Of a DNA stretch of 64,000 nucleotides, positions 20,920-31,665 are shown in pieces. The position numbers were made by a program, and so were the translations under genes. Under the pieces are notes generated by a model. That model saw only the letters and a list, made by a program, of their open reading frames with translations. It was not told the origin of the DNA and ran no database searches. The stretch spans positions 11,273 through 75,272 of the forward strand of contig JBDRKI010000048.1 of NCBI GenBank assembly GCA_043814095.1, written 5' to 3'. Every line of letters begins with the position of its first letter. The stretch's first letter is position 1. This stretch comes from Armatimonadota bacterium (GTDB lineage: Bacteria; Vulcanimicrobiota; JACPDS01; JBDRKI01).

Positions 20920-21366
20920 TTATTCAATCCAGCTGCTTTTAATCTCCGAAGCTGAAACCGGTTTTTTTACTTTTAGAACAGCCCTTGCTACTTCTTTGCC
21001 TTTACTGTCCGTACTGCTTTTTACTATACCTATAAAATAATACTCGCCTTTATCTTCATTGGGCTTGTCTGTATCCTGAATCTCAAAATAATAGGGTTTA
21101 TCGGAAGAAATCTGTATCTCTTTTGTTGTATAAGTATTGCCGGCAACTTTGTAATCCGTACCGCACCCGTTTACCGCCGCGTATTCTATGGCACCCCGAG
21201 CCAGAGAGCGGGCAGTTTCTTTCCGAGACATAAAACTGAAGTATTTAAGGTTTTTATCAATCACCACAGACAATGCTACCGCGAAGCTGAACATGACCAT
21301 TAGCAGAACAAATACAGTTATTAAAGCGGCCCCTTTTTCAGATTTCATCTTATTCCTGCCATACAA
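20920..21366 (-). CDS. PilX/GspK-like minor pilin
   Basis: EKG|AALITVFVLL (no E5) and A-x2-LA-x-GA-x-E-x-A motif typical of PilX N-termini. Confidence 0.8.
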   Translation of the reverse strand: MYGRNKMKSEKGAALITVFVLLMVMFSFAVALSVVIDKNLKYFSFMSRKETARSLARGAIEYAAVNGCGTDYKVAGNTYTTKEIQISSDKPYYFEIQDTDKPNEDKGEYYFIGIVKSSTDSKGKEVARAVLKVKKPVSASEIKSSWIE

Positions 21367-21392
21367 ATTATATCTTTATTTTATATAAGCTT

Positions 21393-21420
21393 AATTCTTC
21401 TTTTAGAATAAAAAACCTTT
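21393..21420 (-). promoter_or_regulatory. SigH-like promoter of the pilX-pilW-pilC unit
   Basis: Minus strand AAAGGTTTT-11 nt-GAAGAATT. Confidence 0.5.
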
Positions 21421-21512
21421 TAGAAATCTTTAAAAAAGAAAGGAAGTAAAAGAGAATAAAAGGAAAAACGGCAATTTTGTATAAACATAGAAAAAACCGG
21501 AGAGTACCATAA

Positions 21513-22667
21513 ATGAATATAGGGATGTTCGCAGACTGCTATATCCCCGCGGTAAACGGGGTTACATCCTCTATCAGGTCATTGAAAAATGAACTTGAGA
21601 ACCAGGGACATAATGTTTATCTTTTTGTTCCTTCTTATTCCGGCTATACAATTGATACAGAGAAAAATACCTTCCGGTTTAAATCCATTCCCTACCCTTT
21701 CCAGAAAGAACACAGGATAAGCTTCCCGTTCCCGCGCAAATACATAAACATGATACCTTCACTTAATCTTGATGTGGTGCACCTGCATACGCCTTTCCCC
21801 GTGGGAATTATGGGAATGAAAAATGCAAAAAAATATAACCTGCCGTGCGTATTTACCCATCACACATTATGGGAAAAATATACCCATTACCTGCCCCTAC
21901 TGCCTGAAAAAATGCGGGTAAAATTAGCAGTATCTTTATGCGTAAACTTTGCCAACAAATGCAGGATGGTAATAGCCCCCTCAACAGGCGTAAAGAAACT
22001 ATTCGCCTGCCAGGGGGTAAAGACAAAGATAGAGGTTGTGCCCTCGGGTATAAATTTTGACAAATTTTCCAAAGGCAGCGCCGGTTCTTTTTTAAATCTT
22101 TATCCCCAACTTAAAAATAAAAAAATACTTTCTTACTGCGGGAGGCTCGGCAGGGAGAAAAATTTATATTTTCTCCTGCGCGTTTTTAAGGCTGTTTCCG
22201 CCGGATATAGCGACGCGCATCTTCTTTTCATAGGCGACGGTCCGCAGAGAAATAACCTCATGGATTACGTTAAAGAGCTGGGATTGATAAATAAAGTTAC
22301 ATTCAGCGGGTATTTAGCGCCCGAAAAAGTCGCAGACGCGCTTTCGGCTTCTTATCTTTTTGTATTCGCTTCCACAACAGAGACACAGGGGCTTGTAATC
22401 CAGGAAGCGCAGGCAGCGGGATGCCCCGCCGTCGCGGTAAAAGCAACAGGCGTGGAAGACGCAGTAACAGACGCAGAAGACGGGTATCTTACCTGCCTTG
22501 ATGAAGAAGAGATGGCTTTAAGGTGTCTTAGGGTGCTGGAGATGCCGAAACTAAGAGATGCTTTGAGCATAAACGGAAAAATCAAAGCGGAAAAGTATTC
22601 TATAGAAAACACGACAAAAAAAGTTCTCGGGGTATACAATCAGGCTATTGCCTTGTCAAATTCTTGA
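21513..22667 (+). CDS. GT4 glycosyltransferase (monoglucosyl-diacylglycerol synthase-like)
   Basis: YIPAVNGV, HTPF, GRLGREKN, ETQGLVIQEA. Confidence 0.9.
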   Translation: MNIGMFADCYIPAVNGVTSSIRSLKNELENQGHNVYLFVPSYSGYTIDTEKNTFRFKSIPYPFQKEHRISFPFPRKYINMIPSLNLDVVHLHTPFPVGIMGMKNAKKYNLPCVFTHHTLWEKYTHYLPLLPEKMRVKLAVSLCVNFANKCRMVIAPSTGVKKLFACQGVKTKIEVVPSGINFDKFSKGSAGSFLNLYPQLKNKKILSYCGRLGREKNLYFLLRVFKAVSAGYSDAHLLFIGDGPQRNNLMDYVKELGLINKVTFSGYLAPEKVADALSASYLFVFASTTETQGLVIQEAQAAGCPAVAVKATGVEDAVTDAEDGYLTCLDEEEMALRCLRVLEMPKLRDALSINGKIKAEKYSIENTTKKVLGVYNQAIALSNS

Positions 22668-22774
22668 AGATTTATTAGAAGATTTATTAATATAGACATC
22701 TTAAAATAAATAAAGGATTTTATAGAAAAAAGAATAAATATAGCTACTTAAATTAAATCATAATTAATGAGGTA

Positions 22775-24481
22775 ATGTTTATGAATAAGGAAAGAAAAGA
22801 CTTGATTTCATATTTTTCAATGGAAATAGGGTTTGATTCTACGATACCTACTTATTCGGGAGGTCTGGGAGTCCTGGCGGGTGATACCTTAAAATCCTGC
22901 GCGGATCTCTGCATACCCACGGTAGCGATAACATTACTTCACAGGCAGGGCTATTTTGACCAGAAAATGGACAGCGCGAACTATCAGGTGGAACTCCCCG
23001 TTGCTTGGGATCCTTTAAGCAAGCTTGAGCCGCTTGATATAGAAGTTGAGCTTATTATAGATTCAAAACCCGTTAAAATAAGGGCGTGGAAGTATGATCT
23101 TAAGGGCCAGACAGGATTTTCAGTTCCCATTTATTTCCTTGATACATGGGTTGAAGGAAACTCCCACTTTAACAAAATGATAAATAAAAAATTATACGAT
23201 TCCAATCCCCAGTTCAGGATATCACAGGAGATGATACTGGGCATAGGCGGGGTTAAAATGTTAAGAGCCCTCGGATACAGTAAAGAAGAAATAAAGATAT
23301 ACCATATGAATGAAGGACACGCGAGCTTTTTAACCCTTGAGCTTTTAAAAGAGTTTAATTACAACAAAGAGGAAGTAAAGAAAAGATGCGTCTTAACGAC
23401 CCATACCCCCGTACCGGCAGGCCATGACGTATTTGATTACGGGATAGCGAAAAAAATAATGGGAGATTCTCTCCCCGATAATATAGGCGAATTATCAACA
23501 AGGGAAAACCTGCATACCACAATACTTGCTTTAAATTTAAGCAGTTACGCGAATGCGGTATCAAAGAAACACCAGCAGGTCACACAAAGAATGTTCCCTT
23601 TCCATAAAATAGAGAATGTGACAAACGGGGTCCATTCATTAACATGGACATCGGAAAGCTTCAGAAATTTATTTGACGAATACCTCCCGGGATGGTCTTT
23701 AAATCCCGTGCTTCTTAAAAAATCGGGAAACATACCAAAAGAAAAGGTATGGGAAGCCCATATGGAAGCAAAGAGCTACCTCCTGGAACTTGTTAACGGC
23801 TACCACGGAGTTAACATGCAGGAAGACATATTAACCATAGGCTACGCGAGAAGGATAACAAGCTATAAACGCGCCACTTTAATATTTAACGATCTTGTAA
23901 GGCTTGCCCAGATAGCTAAAGGAAAAATTCAACTCGTATTTGCCGGAAAAGCTCACCCTGATGACCAGCCTGGCAAAATGATTATAAGGGAGCTTATGAG
24001 AAACCAGGAAATATTTAGAGACAGGATCCAGATCGCATATCTGCAGAACTACAACATGGATCTTGCCCGCCTCATAATCTCCGGAGTAGACGTATGGCTG
24101 AATACCCCCGTAAGGCCGCGCGAAGCATCCGGCACAAGCGGGATGAAAGCCCTCCTGAACGGCGGACTTAATTTCAGCACCCTTGACGGCTGGTGGATAG
24201 AAGGATACCAGATGGATGACCTGGCCGGCTGGGAAATAGGGCCCGAGCCAACCGAAGATTATATGGTGGAAATCGATCCGGCAATTGACGCGGACAGCTT
24301 ATACGACAGGCTGGGTACGGAAATCATACCCCTTTACTACAACAGCAGGGAAAACTGGATAGAAAGAATGCAGCACGCCATATCATTAGGTTCATATTTC
24401 AATACCCACAGAATGGTTGAAGAATACGCTAAAAACGCATGGCATATTGATATACCCAATTTAAAAAGCACAATGGCCTAG
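22775..24481 (+). CDS. glgP: Alpha-glucan phosphorylase (short form)
   Basis: YSGGLGVLAGD, HMNEGH, AGKAHP, EASGTSGMKA (PLP lysine), DGWWIEG. Confidence 0.96.
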   Translation: MFMNKERKDLISYFSMEIGFDSTIPTYSGGLGVLAGDTLKSCADLCIPTVAITLLHRQGYFDQKMDSANYQVELPVAWDPLSKLEPLDIEVELIIDSKPVKIRAWKYDLKGQTGFSVPIYFLDTWVEGNSHFNKMINKKLYDSNPQFRISQEMILGIGGVKMLRALGYSKEEIKIYHMNEGHASFLTLELLKEFNYNKEEVKKRCVLTTHTPVPAGHDVFDYGIAKKIMGDSLPDNIGELSTRENLHTTILALNLSSYANAVSKKHQQVTQRMFPFHKIENVTNGVHSLTWTSESFRNLFDEYLPGWSLNPVLLKKSGNIPKEKVWEAHMEAKSYLLELVNGYHGVNMQEDILTIGYARRITSYKRATLIFNDLVRLAQIAKGKIQLVFAGKAHPDDQPGKMIIRELMRNQEIFRDRIQIAYLQNYNMDLARLIISGVDVWLNTPVRPREASGTSGMKALLNGGLNFSTLDGWWIEGYQMDDLAGWEIGPEPTEDYMVEIDPAIDADSLYDRLGTEIIPLYYNSRENWIERMQHAISLGSYFNTHRMVEEYAKNAWHIDIPNLKSTMA

Positions 24482-24485
24482 CATT

Positions 24486-25877
24486 ATGCTTAGAAATATC
24501 ATTCAGGCGGCAGAAAAATATAATTTAATAAACCCCGGAGAAAAAACAATTCTTGCCATATCCGGCGGTCCGGATTCTGTCTTTCTTCTTGACTTTTTTT
24601 CAAAAATACGGAAAAAATACAACCTTCAATTATATGTACTTCATATTAACCATTCAATAAGGAAAAAAGAGTCCGGAGAAGAAGCGGTATTTGTAAAAAA
24701 CATGGCAAAAAAACTTAATCTCCCCTTCTATTATTATAAAGAAGACGTCCCTGAATATGCTAAAGCGGAAAAACTTTCCCTTGAAGAAGCCGCAAGAAAT
24801 ACAAGATTAAGAATATACAATGAACTTCTTAAGAAATTAAAGGCGGACAAGGTCGCAACGGGCCATAATTCAGATGACAGGGCCGAAACAGTGCTTATGA
24901 GAATAATAAAAGGCACATCACCCTCCGGGCTTGCGGCAATGGAGCCGTGCTCGGGGAAGATTATAAGGCCTTTGATTGAAGTAAAAAGAAAAGATATTAT
25001 AACTTATTTGAAAAAGAATAAAATTAAATATGTAATTGATAAATCCAATAAAGATACAAAGTTTTTCAGAAATAAGATAAGGCATAAATTAATACCTCTT
25101 CTTGAGGAAGAATACAATCCCAATATTAAAGAATCCCTTATAAAATTATCATCTCTTGCCGGAGAAGACGAAGAAGCCCTTCAGTCTGCCGTACTGAAAA
25201 AATTAAACAAACTATCGTCGGTATATAAAGACAAAATAGAGATTGATATAACCGATATAAATAATGAACATCCTTCTATAATTAAAAGGATAATAAAATC
25301 AGCCATTAAAACATATCTAGGCCATGCTAAAGATATAACCAACTACCATTATGAGAAAATATATAATTTTTTAAAGGACCAAAAAGGAGAGAAGAAATTA
25401 AACCTGCCCGACGGCCTAACTGCCGTAAAAAGCTACAATAAATTAACTTTTCATAAGAAAACGGAAAAGAAACATAATATATTAAAGCAGTTCAGGTTTA
25501 CCGTACCCGGCAGATATAACATAAAAGGATGGGATATAACCGTTTCAACTTCCTTAGTTGAAAAAATAAAAGCGAAACCGGACAGCAATACCGCCTATTT
25601 TGATTTTGATAAATTAAATACGGATACCCTGATATTAAGACAGAGAAAAGACGGCGATATATTTATTCCTTTCGGCATGAAAGGCAGAAAAAAGATAAAA
25701 GATTTATTTATAGACCTTAAAATACCCCTTGAAAAAAGAAATAATATACCCATTATAACGGCAGAAAACAATATAATATGGGTAACAGGATACAGGATAA
25801 GTGAAAAGTATAGAGTAGATAAAAACACAAAGAGGATTTTAAAGATAGAAGTAAAAGGAGAAACTTATGCATCCTGA
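24486..25877 (+). CDS. tilS: tRNA(Ile)-lysidine synthetase
   Basis: SGGPDS PP-loop, EEAAR, GHNSDDRAET, RNKIRH. Confidence 0.97.
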   Translation: MLRNIIQAAEKYNLINPGEKTILAISGGPDSVFLLDFFSKIRKKYNLQLYVLHINHSIRKKESGEEAVFVKNMAKKLNLPFYYYKEDVPEYAKAEKLSLEEAARNTRLRIYNELLKKLKADKVATGHNSDDRAETVLMRIIKGTSPSGLAAMEPCSGKIIRPLIEVKRKDIITYLKKNKIKYVIDKSNKDTKFFRNKIRHKLIPLLEEEYNPNIKESLIKLSSLAGEDEEALQSAVLKKLNKLSSVYKDKIEIDITDINNEHPSIIKRIIKSAIKTYLGHAKDITNYHYEKIYNFLKDQKGEKKLNLPDGLTAVKSYNKLTFHKKTEKKHNILKQFRFTVPGRYNIKGWDITVSTSLVEKIKAKPDSNTAYFDFDKLNTDTLILRQRKDGDIFIPFGMKGRKKIKDLFIDLKIPLEKRNNIPIITAENNIIWVTGYRISEKYRVDKNTKRILKIEVKGETYAS

Positions 25878-26406
25878 TTTAAAAGAAATAATAATAACAG
25901 AAGAAAAAATTCAATCTAAAATCAAAGAACTCGCAGGACAGATATCAGAAGATTATAAGGATAAAGACCTTCTTATGCTTGTGATACTGCGCGGCGGAGT
26001 TATGTTCCTTGCTGACTTAAGCAGAAACCTTACGATAAACACTTCTATTGATTTTATGGCTGTAACAAGATATTCCGGGAGCATGACGCCTTCAAATGAA
26101 GTAAAAATCATAAAAGACCTGGACAAGCCCATAGAAGATAAAGATGTATTAATAATTGAAGACATTATAGACAACGGCAAGACCTTAAGTTTTCTTACGG
26201 AGCACTTAAAGCACAGAAAACCCAGATCAATAAAAATATGCACTTTGCTTGATAAGCCGGAAAGAAGAAAAACTTCTATCCAGCCCGATTACAACGGGTT
26301 TGTCATACCGGATAAATTCGTCGTGGGATACGGCCTTGATTACAAGCAGAGATACAGGAACCTCCCCTATATAGGGGTAATGAAGCAAGAAATCTATTCC
26401 TCTTGA
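25867..26406 (+). CDS. hpt: Hypoxanthine phosphoribosyltransferase
   Basis: VLIIEDIIDNGKTL, FVVGYGLDY; overlaps tilS. Confidence 0.97.
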   Translation: MHPDLKEIIITEEKIQSKIKELAGQISEDYKDKDLLMLVILRGGVMFLADLSRNLTINTSIDFMAVTRYSGSMTPSNEVKIIKDLDKPIEDKDVLIIEDIIDNGKTLSFLTEHLKHRKPRSIKICTLLDKPERRKTSIQPDYNGFVIPDKFVVGYGLDYKQRYRNLPYIGVMKQEIYSS

Positions 26407-26431
26407 AAAATTATTCAAATAGTGGTAAATT
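26403..26431 (+). promoter_or_regulatory. Sigma70-type promoter for tRNA-Leu
   Basis: TTGAAA-17 nt-TAAATT with TG extension; overlaps the hpt stop. Confidence 0.55.
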
Positions 26432-26450
26432 AATTATCATTATCTTAACT

Positions 26451-26536
26451 GCGGAAGTGGCGGAATGGCAGACGCGCTAGGTTCAGGACCTAGTATCCGC
26501 AAGGATGTGGGGGTTCAACTCCCCCCTTCCGCACCA
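26451..26536 (+). tRNA. tRNA-Leu (CAG)
   Basis: GCGGAAG acceptor, CTAGG-TTCAGGA-CCTAG anticodon arm, long variable arm, encoded CCA. Confidence 0.96.
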
Positions 26537-26541
26537 AGAAT

Positions 26542-27531
26542 TCACAATGTTCTGTCAAACCATTCCTTTATCTCTTTATAACACTCGTGTCTGTTTTCAG
26601 TAAGCAGTTTTTCAAGATGGCCGTTGGGAATAATAATAAGCTTCTTATCAGCTTTTAAATTTTTATATAAATTCTCCGCTTCTTCAACGGGAAAAACCCA
26701 GTCGGTTTTACCCCCTATAACAAGGACTTCAACAGGCGGAACTTCTTCTATATATTCCTCAGGGGCAATCCATGCAACATTATTCCCTACCTCTACCTCT
26801 GCAAACCTCTCACCGGTTCTCCCGAACCATGTATTTAAAAGTTTTAACTTTGAATTCATTATCTTTTTACTGTAGCAGGGTGTTATTAATACTAAGCTGT
26901 CAAAATTATTATAATGCCTGAAAGAGTTTAAAGATGAAAAAGAACCCAGGCTCATGCCTATTACCCCGACTCTAACATTGCCTTTACTCTTTGCAAAATC
27001 CACCCCTGCCAGAACATCCATGTACTCGTTCCCGTCTAAGGCTCCCCCGCTTTTCCCGTGACCTCTTAGATCAACATTTAATACGTTAAAGTCTTTTACG
27101 AGGAATTCTGCCAGGTTCGCGGTACAGTCGCTGCGGGTATTCATTGTTATACCGTGAAAAAGAACGGCTGTTCTGTCTTTGCCGCTGTCTGTATATTCGG
27201 CGTGAATCTTAACCCCGTCTTCCGTTAAGAGCTCCACATCTTCAAAATTATACACAGGTTCCATATTAGGCCTTAAGTAAAAAAACTTTGTCCATACTAT
27301 CAACCCCAGAATAATAATAATGATTATACAGAAAATCATTTTTGTATAATATTTCAGGTTTTTAATTTTTTCCGAGAAAAGATTTACAATAAACCAGATC
27401 CCCAGAAGTAAAAAAAATACGCTTAATACGGCTATTAAAATTCTTTTATCATTAAAAAAATCCGTAAAGACCTGGGTTAAGATTACAGTTAAACTGCCTA
27501 TGAAGAATAGAAATTTCAGGAATGTTTTCAT
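26542..27531 (-). CDS. Membrane-anchored alpha/beta hydrolase
   Basis: Three N-terminal TM helices; DLRGHGKS, GMSLG nucleophile elbow, later Asp and GH. Start 27531 preferred (AAAGGTG RBS). Confidence 0.88.
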   Translation of the reverse strand: MKTFLKFLFFIGSLTVILTQVFTDFFNDKRILIAVLSVFFLLLGIWFIVNLFSEKIKNLKYYTKMIFCIIIIIILGLIVWTKFFYLRPNMEPVYNFEDVELLTEDGVKIHAEYTDSGKDRTAVLFHGITMNTRSDCTANLAEFLVKDFNVLNVDLRGHGKSGGALDGNEYMDVLAGVDFAKSKGNVRVGVIGMSLGSFSSLNSFRHYNNFDSLVLITPCYSKKIMNSKLKLLNTWFGRTGERFAEVEVGNNVAWIAPEEYIEEVPPVEVLVIGGKTDWVFPVEEAENLYKNLKADKKLIIIPNGHLEKLLTENRHECYKEIKEWFDRTL

Positions 27532-27721
27532 AGATACAACACCTTTTAAAGTCTTATTCATTTCTCAGATAACTTTCAATATTCTTAGCAAATTTTTCAA
27601 AAACAATTACTTTGTTTTTCAGAATATTTATTACTATCTTAAGTTTTGAAATAATTATTTCACTACTATTCATCTGTTTTTTCTCTTTTAATTAATTTAA
27701 AAAATAATATGAAAGCAATTT

Positions 27722-28636
27722 TTACTTCAGCACAAATATCGCAACTTCAGGTGCGGATAAAAATCTTATCGGCAGTGTTACCCTTCCCAGCCCTTTAGTT
27801 ACGTAAAACTGGGTCTTGTTTTCCCTGAAAAGCCCGTACATGTATTTTTTTAGCCCTGATGAAAGGGTAAGAACAAGCTTATACCCCGGGAACTTCGCCT
27901 GGCCGCCGTGAGTATGTCCCATAAATACCATATCTATCTCTTTATCAACCGCTTCGGGTATTATCTCGGGCGAATGGGCAAGGAGAAGCTTTATATCTTC
28001 TTCGGGTATATCTTTTAACGCCTGGTCTAAATTATCAAAATCATGGTATGGGTCATCCACCCCCAGAATCCATATTTTATCGCTGCCGTTTTCAACAGCC
28101 ACGGCGGTATTAAAAAGAAGATTTATGCCTCCCTTTACAAGGCCTTTTTTCAAATACTCGGAATCACCGTAATAATCATGGTTTCCCATAACCGCAAAAA
28201 TACCGTTTTTTGCTTTTAATAACTTTATCTCTTCAATAAGGTCTTTAATCTCCGCGTCCGTATCAACGGAAAGAAAATCCCCCGTAATAAAAACAAAATC
28301 GGGGGAAAGATTATTTATGCTGTTTACCAGCTTTTTTACGGCTTTTCTGCCGAAAAGAGGCCCGAAATGGATATCGGATATGTGGATAATTTTTTTGCCT
28401 TTAAAATGATGCGGCATATTATCTATAACAAGGTTTCTTTCCGGAAAAGTGATATTGCCGGGTTCTATGAAAATAATATAAGTGAAAAATCCCAGTACAA
28501 CTGCCAGGTAAACATAAAGATAAAATATGTTGTACTTGTACAGCAAATAACCTATATAACCTAAAAGCCCCAATATAATAACAGTTAAGCTCTGCACGGC
28601 AAACTGCTTTACTTTAGAATATTCTCTGGGTTTCAT
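27722..28636 (-). CDS. Membrane-anchored metallophosphoesterase (YkuE/YaeI-like)
   Basis: SDIH, TGDF, GNHD, HSP, GHTHGGQ. Confidence 0.93.
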   Translation of the reverse strand: MKPREYSKVKQFAVQSLTVIILGLLGYIGYLLYKYNIFYLYVYLAVVLGFFTYIIFIEPGNITFPERNLVIDNMPHHFKGKKIIHISDIHFGPLFGRKAVKKLVNSINNLSPDFVFITGDFLSVDTDAEIKDLIEEIKLLKAKNGIFAVMGNHDYYGDSEYLKKGLVKGGINLLFNTAVAVENGSDKIWILGVDDPYHDFDNLDQALKDIPEEDIKLLLAHSPEIIPEAVDKEIDMVFMGHTHGGQAKFPGYKLVLTLSSGLKKYMYGLFRENKTQFYVTKGLGRVTLPIRFLSAPEVAIFVLK

Positions 28637-28642
28637 TTTATA

Positions 28643-30754
28643 TCACCTTAGGGCGTTTTTTATCTTAACGCCTTTATAATAATGCTTTATTATATCAATA
28701 TAATTATATCCGGCTTTTGCCATGCCTGAGGCTCCACTCTGGCATAAACCCACACCGTGCCCCCATCCCCCGCCTTTAAATATATAATCATCACCGCTTT
28801 TAATTATATAGAAAAGAGTGCTCTGAAGCCCTCCGGTTCCTATCCTGCCGCCTGATGTCATCCAGCGCAGCTCATCTTTATAAAGATGGTAAACCCCGCC
28901 TGTCGCAATTATTTTTAAATCCTGGATCCTGCCGTGTTTTGATCTTTTAACAACCTGAATATCAAGAAGGTCCCCGAGATAAATATAACTTCTGTTTAAA
29001 ATAACAGGGAGACTTTCTGATAAGAGTTTCTCAAGATCCTGTTTGGAATATTTTTCCTCCCACCTGTATCTGGGGTAATCCCTGCAGAAGCTGTCAGGCG
29101 GATTATCTATAAATTCTTTAAAGTTTTCATGTATGCTTAAATCAATATTCTGTTTGGAATCCGGCTGATCATATGACGCGATAAGATATCCAACCGGCCT
29201 GTGCCCCGGCCATACGTTTATAACATTCTCAAGAGCGCCCCCGCAGGTTGAATGAAAAGTCGTATAGGCATAATTCCCGCTATAGGTTATGTATTCCCCG
29301 GCGGTCTCGCTTACGGCTTCATTTGTCGCGTCCGTCTCGCTTATAACGCCCTCATAAACCTGACAGTGCACAGTAGGGCAAACATCATACCCCTCCCTTG
29401 AATGCCTGTTTTTATTTGAAAGAGCGAATGTCCTCGCGACAACGGTCATGGCTTTAAGGGCTTCCTCGGGATAAGTAAAAGGCATCTCATTAGGCACAAC
29501 CCCTGCCACATATTCTTCAAGCGTCAGGTAATTATAACAATCAAGAATATTTTCGTCCTGTACTATTTTCAGGTCTCCCCTGTATGCTTTTAAAGAATAC
29601 GTATCGTTTTCATTAAGTTTAACAAGATTGAGTATTTTTTCCGCGCCCTGAGACTGAATATATATATTCTCATTTGTGCGCATGATAAGTTTTTTATCTT
29701 TATCGTATAAGGCTATATACGGCATCTTTTTAAAAATATAAACGGGTTCTATATAAAAAAGTTCTCCTTTATCGGCGCTAATCAGAATATTGCCGTTTTT
29801 ATCTTTTTCCCTCATCACCATCTTGTCTTCCGCACAAATACATACCCTGTAATAATTCTCCCCTACCAGGATTTTAATAATACCGCCCTGCGGGGCAATA
29901 GGAACACTCGTCTTATACGGCAGATGATAACTTACCCTTGATTCAACTATGCCCGGATAATTAATATCCACAAGACCGGGGACCAGCATATTAAACAAAG
30001 ACGCAAGCATTTTTTTTACCTGAAAAGATGAACTGTTCTCCGGAGCGAACAGATTCTCGGATGCGTAAATAACATTGCCGTCTTTATTTATTATTATTGC
30101 CGCTGAGTATTTCTTAATATCCGAATAATCTTTCTTATCGGCATCTAAAAAATACGCAAGCACCCGGGTATCCTCACCCGGCTTTACAAGCATAGCGGTA
30201 TTTCTGGCAAGTTGGACATACCTGTCCTTAAATCCGGGAATATCATCTTCCATAAAAAGATACTCGCACTTAGGAGGCTTATTTGTCCACCTGTAAAAAT
30301 CAGCCCCTGTCATATCACTTATATGAAAATTATTTGTAATGCCTGTAAGCTTGTTCCTGTCATCACGGTAGCCTGTCTGGTAGCACAGGAAAAGCTTCCC
30401 CCCGTTTGATACATAATCCCTCAGCCTGTCAGCCGCTTTTAAAGATAAACATCTTGCATTGGGTATGACAATAACCTTATAAGGGAGGGGAGAATATTCC
30501 AGATCCCACTCCGATATAATTTTAGACTTTAATCCTAAATCTTTAAGGGCATTCTCCGCGCCTTCGTGCTCAAGGTCCCCGTATTTACCGAAAAACCCGA
30601 GAGAATTATCGCTTTTTAAAAGAGCAACATCGTAAACCTCATCTTTAAAGTCGGGATTTACCAGGGGAGAAGCATTCATAAAGCCCGTTAAAAAAATAAG
30701 AGTTACAAAAATTGAAAGTAAAATTATATTAATTCTATATTTTTCCATATTCAT
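28643..30754 (-). CDS. SpoIID/LytB-domain protein with N-terminal GATase-like domain
   Basis: YRG, LEEYVAGVVPNEMP, EALKA, ARTFA, CQVY, GWGHGVGLCQSGA; N-terminal VIVIPNARCLS...RDYVSNGGKL. Confidence 0.9.
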   Translation of the reverse strand: MNMEKYRINIILLSIFVTLIFLTGFMNASPLVNPDFKDEVYDVALLKSDNSLGFFGKYGDLEHEGAENALKDLGLKSKIISEWDLEYSPLPYKVIVIPNARCLSLKAADRLRDYVSNGGKLFLCYQTGYRDDRNKLTGITNNFHISDMTGADFYRWTNKPPKCEYLFMEDDIPGFKDRYVQLARNTAMLVKPGEDTRVLAYFLDADKKDYSDIKKYSAAIIINKDGNVIYASENLFAPENSSSFQVKKMLASLFNMLVPGLVDINYPGIVESRVSYHLPYKTSVPIAPQGGIIKILVGENYYRVCICAEDKMVMREKDKNGNILISADKGELFYIEPVYIFKKMPYIALYDKDKKLIMRTNENIYIQSQGAEKILNLVKLNENDTYSLKAYRGDLKIVQDENILDCYNYLTLEEYVAGVVPNEMPFTYPEEALKAMTVVARTFALSNKNRHSREGYDVCPTVHCQVYEGVISETDATNEAVSETAGEYITYSGNYAYTTFHSTCGGALENVINVWPGHRPVGYLIASYDQPDSKQNIDLSIHENFKEFIDNPPDSFCRDYPRYRWEEKYSKQDLEKLLSESLPVILNRSYIYLGDLLDIQVVKRSKHGRIQDLKIIATGGVYHLYKDELRWMTSGGRIGTGGLQSTLFYIIKSGDDYIFKGGGWGHGVGLCQSGASGMAKAGYNYIDIIKHYYKGVKIKNALR

Positions 30755-31650
30755 TTAGATGAAAGAACCTCCTGCAGGCTGCCGTTATTCTTATCTAAAA
30801 GTTTTTTTGCCCCGGAATAATCCAATTTTTTTAATTCCATAACAACGGCTGTCTTCAGTTCCCCTTTTGCTTCTTTAAATTTCTTTTCCGCTTTATCTTT
30901 ACCTAAGCCCGTAAGCTCCATAAGTATCCCCACAGACCGCATCTTAAGCTTGGTATTAACGGGCATAAGGTCAACCATTAAATTATTAAATGTCCTGCCC
31001 AGTTTAATCATGGAAACGGTTGTAAGCATATTAAGAACAAGCTTCTGGGCGGTTCCCGCTTTAAGACGCGTAGAACCCGTTATAAATTCGGGGCCCACCT
31101 CAGGCACAATTGAAACCTTGGCGTGCTTTGACATCTTAGAGTCCTTATTTACCGTTACGGCAACCGTAAAGCATCCCAGCTTTCCCGCATATTTAAGCGC
31201 TCCTATGACAAAAGGAGTTCTGCCTGAAGCGGAGATGCCTACAACTATATCTTTTTTTGCAAGTTTTTTATTCTTTAATTCCTTCTCCCCGTTTTTCTCT
31301 ATATCTTCTGCGCCTTCTTTTGATTTAAATACGGCTGGAGCCCCCCCTGCGATAATCGCCTGGACCATAGAGCTTTCAACGCCGAATGTAGGAGGGCATT
31401 CACTCGCGTCAACAACCGCTAACCTGCCGCTTGTCCCGGCGCCTACATAAAAAAGACGCCCTCCTTTGGAAAAACTCTCTATAATCTTATCAACTGCCTT
31501 ACCTATCTTGGGAATTTCTTTAAAAACCGCTTTTGCTACTTTCTGATCTTCTTTATTCATTAACTTTAAAATCTGCAAAACCGGCAGCATGCTTATATTC
31601 CTGCTTTTTGAAAGCTTTGATTCCGAAACAAGGTTCAATTTCTCCTGCAT
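30751..31650 (-). CDS. murQ: N-acetylmuramic acid 6-phosphate etherase
   Basis: GAGTSGRL, DASECPPTFG, EGAED, GSTRLKAGTAQKLVLNM. Confidence 0.97.
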   Translation of the reverse strand: MQEKLNLVSESKLSKSRNISMLPVLQILKLMNKEDQKVAKAVFKEIPKIGKAVDKIIESFSKGGRLFYVGAGTSGRLAVVDASECPPTFGVESSMVQAIIAGGAPAVFKSKEGAEDIEKNGEKELKNKKLAKKDIVVGISASGRTPFVIGALKYAGKLGCFTVAVTVNKDSKMSKHAKVSIVPEVGPEFITGSTRLKAGTAQKLVLNMLTTVSMIKLGRTFNNLMVDLMPVNTKLKMRSVGILMELTGLGKDKAEKKFKEAKGELKTAVVMELKKLDYSGAKKLLDKNNGSLQEVLSSK

Positions 31651-31665
31651 ATACCCTCCGTGCTT

